41,259 nt of DNA from an uncultured Elusimicrobia bacterium (GTDB lineage Bacteria; Elusimicrobiota; Endomicrobiia; DTEH01). Positions 28,041 through 36,285 of the stretch are shown piece by piece. The stretch is taken from the NCBI GenBank assembly GCA_964521665.1, contig CAZFSG010000002.1:15825-57083 (forward strand), written 5' to 3'. Each line of letters starts with the position of its first letter. Positions within the stretch are counted from its first letter, which is position 1. Position numbers and translations under genes: made by a program. The notes below the pieces were generated by a model, which saw nothing but the letters and a program-made list of their open reading frames with translations, had not been told where the DNA came from and ran no database searches.

Positions 28041-28990
28041 AAAAATCTATCAAAAAGTTTTACTCTGTAACCACAAACAAACTGTCTTATATCAAGAACA
28101 TTTCTATTTTCGGGTTGTATCTTCAAAATCGCTATCAATGTATTACTCCCACAGTTAACGATAATACTATCATTTTTTATTGCGAGAATACTTCCAAAAG
28201 GTTTATCATTTTGTGTTAATACATTACCTTCTTGAAATCTAATTATTTTAGTTTGCAAAATTTTAACATTTATCATTTTACCTGATGCTAAAATTAATTT
28301 TGAAGTAGCTTTTGGCCAATGGACAAATGCACGAACTAAATTATGTATTTCTTCTGCAGTTTTATCCCATGAAATCTGCGCTTGAGATTTTTTGATAGCA
28401 GGTGCATATGATGGTTCTCCTTTTTGTTTGATTTTTACTATGTCTCCTTTCATTATTCTATCTATAACAGTTTCTAACAAACCACAACCTAATTTTACAA
28501 GTTTTTCTGATAATGAATAATAATCATCTTCTTCATAAACTTCTAATCTTTCCTGAACAAATATATCTCCTGTATCCATTCCTTCATCAATCCAAAAAAT
28601 TGTCACACCACTTTCTTTTTCACCGTTTAATAATGTGTAATGTATCGGTGCAGCACCACGATATTTTGGTAACAACGAAAAATGTACATTCAACATACCA
28701 ATTTTATGTAAATCTATTATATTTTTTGGTATAATTTTACCAAAACTTACTACAATACTTAATTCAGGAGAAAATTTTTGTATTGTTTCATAAGACATTT
28801 CATTTTCTGTTATAACATTTATATTATATTTTTCTGCAAGAAGTTTAACTGGAGTGGGTAAGATTTTGAGACCTCTTCCTTGAGGTTTATCTGAAGAGGT
28901 TATTACAGCAGAAATTTTTAGTTTTTTATTGATTAAAAATTCTAAAAACGGGACTGACAAATTTGAACTACCCCAAAAAAGTACGTTCAT
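28037..28990 (-). CDS. fmt: Methionyl-tRNA formyltransferase
   Basis: DKPQGRG, NVHFSLLPKYRGAAPI, DEGMDTGD, HNLVRA..WP. Confidence 0.96.
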   Translation of the reverse strand: MNVLFWGSSNLSVPFLEFLINKKLKISAVITSSDKPQGRGLKILPTPVKLLAEKYNINVITENEMSYETIQKFSPELSIVVSFGKIIPKNIIDLHKIGMLNVHFSLLPKYRGAAPIHYTLLNGEKESGVTIFWIDEGMDTGDIFVQERLEVYEEDDYYSLSEKLVKLGCGLLETVIDRIMKGDIVKIKQKGEPSYAPAIKKSQAQISWDKTAEEIHNLVRAFVHWPKATSKLILASGKMINVKILQTKIIRFQEGNVLTQNDKPFGSILAIKNDSIIVNCGSNTLIAILKIQPENRNVLDIRQFVCGYRVKLFDRFL

Positions 28991-28991
28991 C

Positions 28992-29504
28992 TCAAAACTT
29001 ATATTTTCCTAACCAAAACATTAAATAAAATTTAATTTGTTTGTTGATCTTCATTCTTTCAATAAAAGTTATTCCGTTAATATGATCTATTTCGTGTTGT
29101 AAGACACGTGCAAGCAACCCTTCTGCAAGAATTTTTTGTTTTTTACCATTTATATCATAGTACTCAACTTCTATAGAAACAGATCGTGATATTTTGTCAA
29201 AAAATCCTGGGAAAGATAAACATCCTTCTTCAGCAATTTGTTTTTTTTTACTTTGGTAAGTAATTATAGGATTAATTAAAGCTATTGGTAAAACTTTTTT
29301 TTCTCCTTTTAATGAAATATCTACTACAACAATCCTTTTATTGATTCCGACTTGGTTAGCAGCGAGTCCAATCCCATTATGTGCATACATTGTTTCAAAC
29401 ATATCTCTTACAATATATTTGAGGTCAGAATTAAAATTTTCAACTGGTAAAAGTTTTTGTTTTAATATATCTGAAGGATACTTAACTATTTTTAATACAC
29501 TCAT
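28992..29504 (-). CDS. def: Peptide deformylase
   Basis: GIGLAANQVG, EGCLSFP, QHEIDHING. Start 29504 (ATGA overlap with cutA stop). Confidence 0.96.
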   Translation of the reverse strand: MSVLKIVKYPSDILKQKLLPVENFNSDLKYIVRDMFETMYAHNGIGLAANQVGINKRIVVVDISLKGEKKVLPIALINPIITYQSKKKQIAEEGCLSFPGFFDKISRSVSIEVEYYDINGKKQKILAEGLLARVLQHEIDHINGITFIERMKINKQIKFYLMFWLGKYKF

Positions 29505-29812
29505 AGAGTTACCGAATTTATCCAATTAAGATATTCTTTATTTGCATCGTTTATTTCTATAGATATAATTTCTGGCACTTTATACGGATGAACTTTTTTT
29601 ATTTCTTTAATAAGTTGTTTAAATAAACAATGTTTTGTTTTTATAACTAATAATGATTCTTTATCATTACAGATTTTTTTCTCCCACCAATAGTATGAAT
29701 TTATATTTTTTATTTCATTAACACAAGCAACAAGTTTCTTTGTTAACAAAAATTTTATAATTTTTTTACTTTTGTTTTGTGGAACAGTTATAAATACAAC
29801 AACGTATTTCAT
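29501..29812 (-). CDS. cutA: Divalent-cation tolerance protein CutA
   Basis: LVACVN, SYYWWE, E..LVIKT, HPYKVPEII, YLNWI. Start 29812 (ATGA overlap). Confidence 0.93.
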   Translation of the reverse strand: MKYVVVFITVPQNKSKKIIKFLLTKKLVACVNEIKNINSYYWWEKKICNDKESLLVIKTKHCLFKQLIKEIKKVHPYKVPEIISIEINDANKEYLNWINSVTL

Positions 29813-32328
29813 TCTTTGATCCATAAATTAAGTTTAGTAGAATATTCGTCTAGTAACTTCAAAGTATCTTTTTCTCTATGTGCTTCAACATAAAGATGGA
29901 TAAAAGCTTCATCTGGGTCTGGTAACACTAAGACCCAATCTGATTCATTAAACCAAATTTTTACACCATCTATAAGTTCTAATTTGTATTTTGCATGTTC
30001 TTCAATTAACTTCCTTATTACAAAACCTTTCTTTTCCCACCTACAAGGAATACGTTTATGTTCTACATTGAAATCAGGTATTTCACGTTTTATACGAGAA
30101 ATTTTTGTTTCTTGTTGTGATAAAAACTCTATTATTTTACCTATAGCGAACATTCCATCAAATGCAGGTTGAAATTCAGGAAATATATATCCACCTAAGG
30201 CATCAGTAACAAATTTCACATCGGATTTTTGTGCTTCTTCTCTTAGATACCTTGGTAATGTTTTACTCCATATTATTTCGACATCTTTATGTGATCTTGC
30301 TAAAACTTCTTTAACAACATTTGATGTATATACTGGTACAACAATTTTATATTTTTCTTCTTTACTCGAATTTAATTTTAAAAGTAAAACAATCATAGAT
30401 GAAAGTTGTGGTTCAAGTATTTTTCCTTTATCATCTACGATAAACACGCGTTCGGCAGAATTGTCTAACATAAATCCAACATCTGCATTTAAAGTAGTTA
30501 CTATATTTGAAAGTTGTTCTAATGCATATTGAAGTTGTGATTCAGAACGAACAATTTTTGTACTGTCAACAAAAGCGTTTAATGAAACAACTTCTATACC
30601 AAGTTCACCTAATATAGCAGGAAAGATATTAACTGCAGTAGAATATGAATAATCTATCACAACTTTAAGTTTAGCTTTTCTTATTGAGGTAATATCAAGC
30701 GATTTTAAATATCCGTCACGATAATACTCATAAGCTCTTGGTGGTAAAACAATTTCACCGACTTCTTCTAACGAAGCACGAGGAAAATCTTCCCGTAAAA
30801 ATAGTTGTTCAATACTTTTTTCTTGTGCCACAGATATATCATTACCATTTTTATCAAAAAATTTTATCTCAATAATATTAGGATTTGTAGGAGATAATCT
30901 TACATGCAATCCACCATCAACATTTTCTTTTGCAATTTCGTATCTTACAACTGGTATTGGTGCGGCACGTAAGTCTCCCACTTTTACACCACTTGAAAGC
31001 AAGCCTGATATCATACTACGTTTTATCATACGTGATGCTTTATGTGCATCACGAGATGTAATCACAGTTTTCCCTTTTGTTAACAAACTGCCGAACGCTG
31101 CACCTAATTTACAAGCAAACTCAGGTGATATTTCTGAGTTTAATAATCCTGATACCCCAGTTGAACCAAACAACATCCTTGACCATTTTTCTTGCCAAAT
31201 TAAACTTGTTGAAACAGTTGAACCTTCTTCAACAATTTTTTTAGGCCAGATTTTAACATTTGCTTTTATATGAGCATTATCTTGTATTTCACACTCTTCT
31301 CCTATAACAGAGTTTACTTCTACTACTACATTACTACCTAATTTATTTTTCGCTGAAATAATACTTTCTTTTATAGAAGAGTTTTTGCCAATATGGACAT
31401 TATTCATAACAACACTGCCCAAAATTACTACTCCATCTTCTATCACACAATTATCTCCAATCACAGAACGGTTTATATTAACATTATTACCAATCTTTGT
31501 GTTTTTACCAATGATTACAAAATTATCACATTTAAAATTTTCACCGATTGTAGTATTTTCGCCAACAATAATTTTATTACCATTGTATTCTACACATTTA
31601 CCTTCTATATATAACTCCACTTTTTTATCTATTACGTCATAATGACACAACCTATATTCTTGCAATGTTCCCACATCTTTCCAATACCCTTCCAATACAA
31701 ACCCATATATTGGCAATCCTTCAGCAAGAAATCTTGGGAATAGATCTTTAGAAAAATCATAAAAAGTTTTTTGTGGAATATAATCAAACACTTTTTTGTT
31801 TAACATATAAATCCCAGTATTTACTTTATCTGAGAAAACTTCACTCCAGGTGGGTTTTTCTAAAAATTTTTTTATCCTAAATTCCTCATCATATATTACG
31901 ATGCCGTACCCTAACGGATTTTCAACACTTGTTAACCCAATAGTTGCTAACGAATTTTTCTCTATATGAAACTTTATCATTTTTTGTAAATCAAAATCTG
32001 TAATTATATCTGCGGAAATTACAATAAAGTTATCCTCTTTAATATAATCTCTTGCAAACCCTACTGAACCACATGTACCATAGTCACCATCAGGTAAAAG
32101 ATATTGTATTTTAACACCAAATTTTTCACCATTACCAAAATATTTTGTTATATACTCGTGTTGGTAAAACAGCAAAACTATAAGTTCTTCGATTCCATAT
32201 TTTTTTAATAATCTCACAACATGTTCCATCATAGGTTTGTTTGCAACAGGAACCATAGGTTTTGGAATAATACTTGTCAAAGGACGTAGTCTTGTACCAA
32301 AACCGCCTGCCATTATTACACCTTGCAT
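29809..32328 (-). CDS. Mannose-1-phosphate guanylyltransferase-like nucleotidyltransferase + left-handed beta-helix + phosphomannomutase-like domain
   Basis: MAGGFGTRLRPLT...PKPM, FLEKP, NTGIY, YWKDVG; hexapeptide repeats; LFG..GVSG..N.EI.PE, DG..I...WVLVLPD..E. Confidence 0.88.
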   Translation of the reverse strand: MQGVIMAGGFGTRLRPLTSIIPKPMVPVANKPMMEHVVRLLKKYGIEELIVLLFYQHEYITKYFGNGEKFGVKIQYLLPDGDYGTCGSVGFARDYIKEDNFIVISADIITDFDLQKMIKFHIEKNSLATIGLTSVENPLGYGIVIYDEEFRIKKFLEKPTWSEVFSDKVNTGIYMLNKKVFDYIPQKTFYDFSKDLFPRFLAEGLPIYGFVLEGYWKDVGTLQEYRLCHYDVIDKKVELYIEGKCVEYNGNKIIVGENTTIGENFKCDNFVIIGKNTKIGNNVNINRSVIGDNCVIEDGVVILGSVVMNNVHIGKNSSIKESIISAKNKLGSNVVVEVNSVIGEECEIQDNAHIKANVKIWPKKIVEEGSTVSTSLIWQEKWSRMLFGSTGVSGLLNSEISPEFACKLGAAFGSLLTKGKTVITSRDAHKASRMIKRSMISGLLSSGVKVGDLRAAPIPVVRYEIAKENVDGGLHVRLSPTNPNIIEIKFFDKNGNDISVAQEKSIEQLFLREDFPRASLEEVGEIVLPPRAYEYYRDGYLKSLDITSIRKAKLKVVIDYSYSTAVNIFPAILGELGIEVVSLNAFVDSTKIVRSESQLQYALEQLSNIVTTLNADVGFMLDNSAERVFIVDDKGKILEPQLSSMIVLLLKLNSSKEEKYKIVVPVYTSNVVKEVLARSHKDVEIIWSKTLPRYLREEAQKSDVKFVTDALGGYIFPEFQPAFDGMFAIGKIIEFLSQQETKISRIKREIPDFNVEHKRIPCRWEKKGFVIRKLIEEHAKYKLELIDGVKIWFNESDWVLVLPDPDEAFIHLYVEAHREKDTLKLLDEYSTKLNLWIKE

Positions 32329-32342
32329 AATTATTTCCCCTT

Positions 32343-32398
32343 TTTATTGAAATTTTTTGTTGTTTTATATATAAAATAAAATTTGTTAAATCAATAAA
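32343..32398. promoter_or_regulatory. Putative overlapping divergent sigma70-type promoters
   Basis: + strand TTGAAA(32347)-N17-TATAAA(32370); - strand TTGATT(32394)-N17-TATATA(32371). Lies in the 77-bp gap between divergent genes; the AT-rich background weakens the call. Confidence 0.45.
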
Positions 32399-32405
32399 TA
32401 AACTG

Positions 32406-34517
32406 ATGAAAAAAAAATCTAAAATTTTAGTTTTTATACTCTGTTTTTCTTTCCTTGTAGGATTATACTTTTATATTATTAAACTTATTGCAGAACTACC
32501 TTCTGAAGAAGAGCTGAAAAATTTTTCTCCAGTATTATCGACAAAAATTTTTGACCGCAATAATGAACTTATTACAGAACTATTCACAGAAAAACGTACT
32601 TGGATAGAGTTTAAAGATATACCTGATAATATTAAGTTAGCAGTGTTATCAATTGAAGACCATACTTTTTATCATCATTGGGGCATAAATCCAAAAAGAA
32701 TATTAAAAGCTGCAATAGAAAATATTCTTAGACGAAAATTTGTTGCAGGTGGGTCTACCATAACACAACAACTTGCAAAAATTTCTTTTCTTACACAGAA
32801 ACGTAGTATCAAACGTAAACTTAAAGAATTTTTTTTAGCAATAAAGTTAGAACATAATTTGTCAAAAAACGAAATTTTAGAAATGTATTTAAACCAAGTA
32901 TATTTTGGCAGAGGAGCATATGGTATTCAACAAGCAGCAAAAATTTATTTTTCAAAAAATGTTTCAGAACTGACATTAGCAGAATCTGCGATGCTTGCAG
33001 GACTTATTAGATCGCCTGCGTATTATTCACCAATAAAAAATTACGACCGTGCAATAAAAAGAAGAAATCTTGTATTAAAACGGATGTTGCAGTTAGGTTA
33101 TATTTCTAAAGATGAATATGAACAAGCGATTTCTGAACCTTTAATAGTTGGATATTATAAGATACCTTCAGCAACTGCACCATATTTTATAGAATATATT
33201 CGCGAACAATTAGAATCTGAATTCCCAGCTGAATTACTTTATACAGGCGGGTTAACTATAAAAACAACACTTGATTTAAATCTTCAAAAACATGCTGAGA
33301 CAATTCTTGAAAAACATCTTGTTAACATTGATAAGTTAACAAAATCTACTGAACCTGTGCAAGCTGCATTACTTTCAATGGAGGTAAAAACAGGACAAAT
33401 TTTAACAATGGTAGGAGGTAGAGACTATAGAAAAACACAATTTAATCGTGTGACACAAGCATTCCGACAGCCAGGTTCTGCATTTAAACCTATAATTTTT
33501 CTTGCTGCTTTAGAACACGGATTTACACCAACTTCTATTTTAGAAGATACACCATTAGTATTTTATAACAATGGTATAGATTGGGAACTTTTATCCACAA
33601 CAACTGATTTTACTCAACTTGATTATTCAAAACTTGCAAAATTAGATGTTTCTGACTACACAGAATTTATATCAAAGTTAGACAAATTAAAAGAAAAAAA
33701 TAAAATTTGGATACCAGAAAATTATAAGAATCAGTACCATGGTAGAGTAACTTTACGTCGTGCATTAGAACATTCATTAAATTCTTGTGCAATAAGGTTA
33801 ACAATGGAGTTAGGTCCTAACCTTATAATAGAATACGCCCGAAAGTTAGGTATCACAACACCACTTACAAACACTTATTCTTTATCTCTTGGTGCATCTG
33901 AAGTTATCCCGATAGAACTTATCAAAGCATACAATGTTTTTGCAAACAACGGTATTAAAGTTGAACCCTATGGAATTTTAGAAATAAGAGACAGATTTGG
34001 TAATTTATTAAAATCTTATACTCCTAAAGAAACAATAGTTATTTCTCCTGAAAGTGCATATTTGGTAACAAACTTACTTAAAGGTGTAGTAAAAAATGGT
34101 ACTGGGAGATACGCATTAAACTTAGGTAAAATTTGTGCGGGTAAAACAGGTACTACTAACAATTGTACTGATGCATGGTTTATTGGTTATACACCAGATA
34201 TAATCTGTGGTGTATGGGTAGGGTTTGACATAAAGAAATCTTTAGGAAGGGATGCAACTGGTGGTAAAATTGCTTGTCCTATATGGACAGATTACATGAA
34301 AGTTGCAGTATCACCATATCCTAATAAAGATTTCGATAAACCTGATAATATAACAGAAATATTGATAGATATGCACACAGGATTACTTGCTGGTCCGCAA
34401 TCAAAAAAAGTTTATAAAGAAGCGTTTTTAAAAGGTACTGAACCACAAATGTGCACACCTACAGCTGGCTTTGAAGAAATACCAACACAAATTTTTGAAG
34501 AAGATACTGGATTTTAA
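32406..34517 (+). CDS. mrcA: Class A penicillin-binding protein (PBP1A family)
   Basis: TM anchor; transglycosylase ED..FY.H.G, GGSTITQQL, RKLKE, KNEILEMYLN; transpeptidase SAFK, SLN, KTGT. Confidence 0.93.
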   Translation: MKKKSKILVFILCFSFLVGLYFYIIKLIAELPSEEELKNFSPVLSTKIFDRNNELITELFTEKRTWIEFKDIPDNIKLAVLSIEDHTFYHHWGINPKRILKAAIENILRRKFVAGGSTITQQLAKISFLTQKRSIKRKLKEFFLAIKLEHNLSKNEILEMYLNQVYFGRGAYGIQQAAKIYFSKNVSELTLAESAMLAGLIRSPAYYSPIKNYDRAIKRRNLVLKRMLQLGYISKDEYEQAISEPLIVGYYKIPSATAPYFIEYIREQLESEFPAELLYTGGLTIKTTLDLNLQKHAETILEKHLVNIDKLTKSTEPVQAALLSMEVKTGQILTMVGGRDYRKTQFNRVTQAFRQPGSAFKPIIFLAALEHGFTPTSILEDTPLVFYNNGIDWELLSTTTDFTQLDYSKLAKLDVSDYTEFISKLDKLKEKNKIWIPENYKNQYHGRVTLRRALEHSLNSCAIRLTMELGPNLIIEYARKLGITTPLTNTYSLSLGASEVIPIELIKAYNVFANNGIKVEPYGILEIRDRFGNLLKSYTPKETIVISPESAYLVTNLLKGVVKNGTGRYALNLGKICAGKTGTTNNCTDAWFIGYTPDIICGVWVGFDIKKSLGRDATGGKIACPIWTDYMKVAVSPYPNKDFDKPDNITEILIDMHTGLLAGPQSKKVYKEAFLKGTEPQMCTPTAGFEEIPTQIFEEDTGF

Positions 34518-34529
34518 TACTCTAAAAAA

Positions 34530-35048
34530 TTATATTTTGGGTATTTTTTTATCTAACTTAAATGCTTTATGTAACGCTTTTACTGCAGTCTCTAAATGTT
34601 CTTTTTTTATGATACATGAAATTTTGATCTCAGAAGTGGAAATCATTTCTATATTAATATTATGTTTTGCTAAAGTTTCAAACATTTTTGCAGCAACACC
34701 AGGATGACTCCTCATACCAACACCTACTATTGACACTTTTGCCATATTATCTTCATAAACAACACCGCCAGCATTCATTTCTTTATTAACTTGTTGTAAA
34801 ACTTCAATTGTTTTTTTCAAATCATTGTATGCAATTGTAAATGAAATATCATTTTTGCCGCCACGTGCTGCCGATTGTATTATCATATCTATATTTATAT
34901 TCTTTTCTGCAAGAGGTGCAAAAATTTTTGCCGCAATACCAGGCCTGTCAGGAACATCAAGTATTGCTACTTTAACTTGGTTTTTATCAAAAGTTACTGC
35001 TTTTACTACTGGTTCTTCAATTTTATATTTTATTTTTTTCCGTTTCAT
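34530..35048 (-). CDS. Stand-alone aspartokinase beta-subunit-like protein (two ACT domains)
   Basis: [65 protein letters not shown]; own SD (AAAGGAGTGAT) and an in-frame TAA six codons upstream. Confidence 0.88.
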   Translation of the reverse strand: MKRKKIKYKIEEPVVKAVTFDKNQVKVAILDVPDRPGIAAKIFAPLAEKNINIDMIIQSAARGGKNDISFTIAYNDLKKTIEVLQQVNKEMNAGGVVYEDNMAKVSIVGVGMRSHPGVAAKMFETLAKHNINIEMISTSEIKISCIIKKEHLETAVKALHKAFKLDKKIPKI

Positions 35049-35156
35049 ATGTTTATCACTCCTTTAATTAAACGTTTTTTTGGTAACTATTTTATGATAT
35101 TTATAAAAAATCTTGTAATTTGCAGATGGAATATATTTCCCTTAATTTTTTCTAAA

Positions 35157-35206
35157 GTAGCCGCAACCTTCAGGTTACGTTAACGTAGGCTGAAGCCCGC
35201 GGCTAC
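35157..35206. repeat. Inverted doublet of 23-nt GTAG-type REP-like hairpins (REPIN-like)
   Basis: GTAGCCGCAACCTTCAGGTTACG (35157-35179, +), TTAA spacer, GTAGCCGCGGGCTTCAGCCTACG (35184-35206, -); GC-rich island in an AT-rich intergenic region. Confidence 0.75.
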
Positions 35207-35277
35207 AAAAATTTAACTTATATTTTGGAATGTAACAACCATGTTGTTGCACTTCTTTTGACAGAACCTAATTAAAA

Positions 35278-36213
35278 TTATGAAACAATTTCATACTTTC
35301 CTAACCCAAATGTTGTGTTTCTACCAATATGTATATATTCACCAATTTTAAGTAAAGGATAGAATTTTGTTAACTCACCCTGGTAGATAATTTCACCTGT
35401 AACACCACTAAGTTTAACAATATTTTTTTGTTGTGTTAATCGCTCAATTTCTACCCGTTTAAGATTTGAAGATTTTATACTAATTTTTTCTGATTCGTTT
35501 ATAATTTCGTCAAAGTTACATTCTAACTTTTTGTCAGTATAAAAAAGTAGTAATCCTGTTAACCTTCTTATTAACGATTTGATTAATGTTTGAAATGTTA
35601 TATTCATTGTTTTTCCAACAGTTTTTATTCTTGTAGGTGTCAAAAATTTTATTTTTATTTCATTAATTTCTTTAATATCATCAAAAGATATTTTTATTGT
35701 TGAATCATAATTATAAAATGTCTGTGTATGAATATCATAAATTGGTTTATTATCTATTGTTGTCACTGTAAGCAATTCGTATTTTGCTTTTGTTTCTCCA
35801 ATACCGTTTTTGCCAAGTTCGTTAAATGTTAATACTAAATACGGAAGAAATTGTATTGAATTACCAAAAATTAAAATATAAATTTCAAAGGTTTCCCCAG
35901 ATTTATACACTTTTTTTTCATCAACAGGCGGTTCTACCACAAAAGGTCTTGGCGGTTCTGAAAAACCTAACATTCTGTATTCTTTATTATTTATTTTTTC
36001 TTCAAATAATAAATTATACACACATTTCGACTTATGAAAACAAATTTTACAAGATCCTTTTTTCACAACACAACAGATTTTTTTTAGTGCATATCCAAAC
36101 CCTTTACGAAAAACTGCCCCTTTGAAATTAGAAAACACAATTTCTTGTTTTAATTGCAAAACTAATTTATATTTTGCAATAGGAAGATACCCTACTGTAT
36201 TTTTAAGATACAT
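35278..36213 (-). CDS. cas6: Cas6-family RAMP endoribonuclease, orphan
   Basis: G.VFR.GFG.ALKKICC...CKIC....CVY..LFE, PPRPFVVEPP, FLTPTRIK, C-terminal Gly-rich loop IHIGRNTTFGLGKY. Start uncertain (ATG 36213 or TTG 36258). Confidence 0.85.
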   Translation of the reverse strand: MYLKNTVGYLPIAKYKLVLQLKQEIVFSNFKGAVFRKGFGYALKKICCVVKKGSCKICFHKSKCVYNLLFEEKINNKEYRMLGFSEPPRPFVVEPPVDEKKVYKSGETFEIYILIFGNSIQFLPYLVLTFNELGKNGIGETKAKYELLTVTTIDNKPIYDIHTQTFYNYDSTIKISFDDIKEINEIKIKFLTPTRIKTVGKTMNITFQTLIKSLIRRLTGLLLFYTDKKLECNFDEIINESEKISIKSSNLKRVEIERLTQQKNIVKLSGVTGEIIYQGELTKFYPLLKIGEYIHIGRNTTFGLGKYEIVS

Positions 36214-36285
36214 AATACAGCTTTTATTTTTTTTATACAATTTGTTATTGTTAAGCAATATCCAACAGAATATACCTGATAAATG

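Noticed and set aside
31240-31570. Apparent periodicity or repeat in DNA
   Set aside because: Explained by hexapeptide repeats of the left-handed beta-helix domain.
35157-35206. CRISPR mini-array or classic intrinsic terminator
   Set aside because: The units are inverted and only 4 nt apart with no spacer. There is no long U-tract on either strand.
804-36258. Cas4-like domain and Cas6 as parts of one CRISPR system
   Set aside because: They are ~33 kb apart, with no array, cas1/2 or effector genes. The nuclease fold is shared with non-CRISPR RecB/AddB-like proteins.
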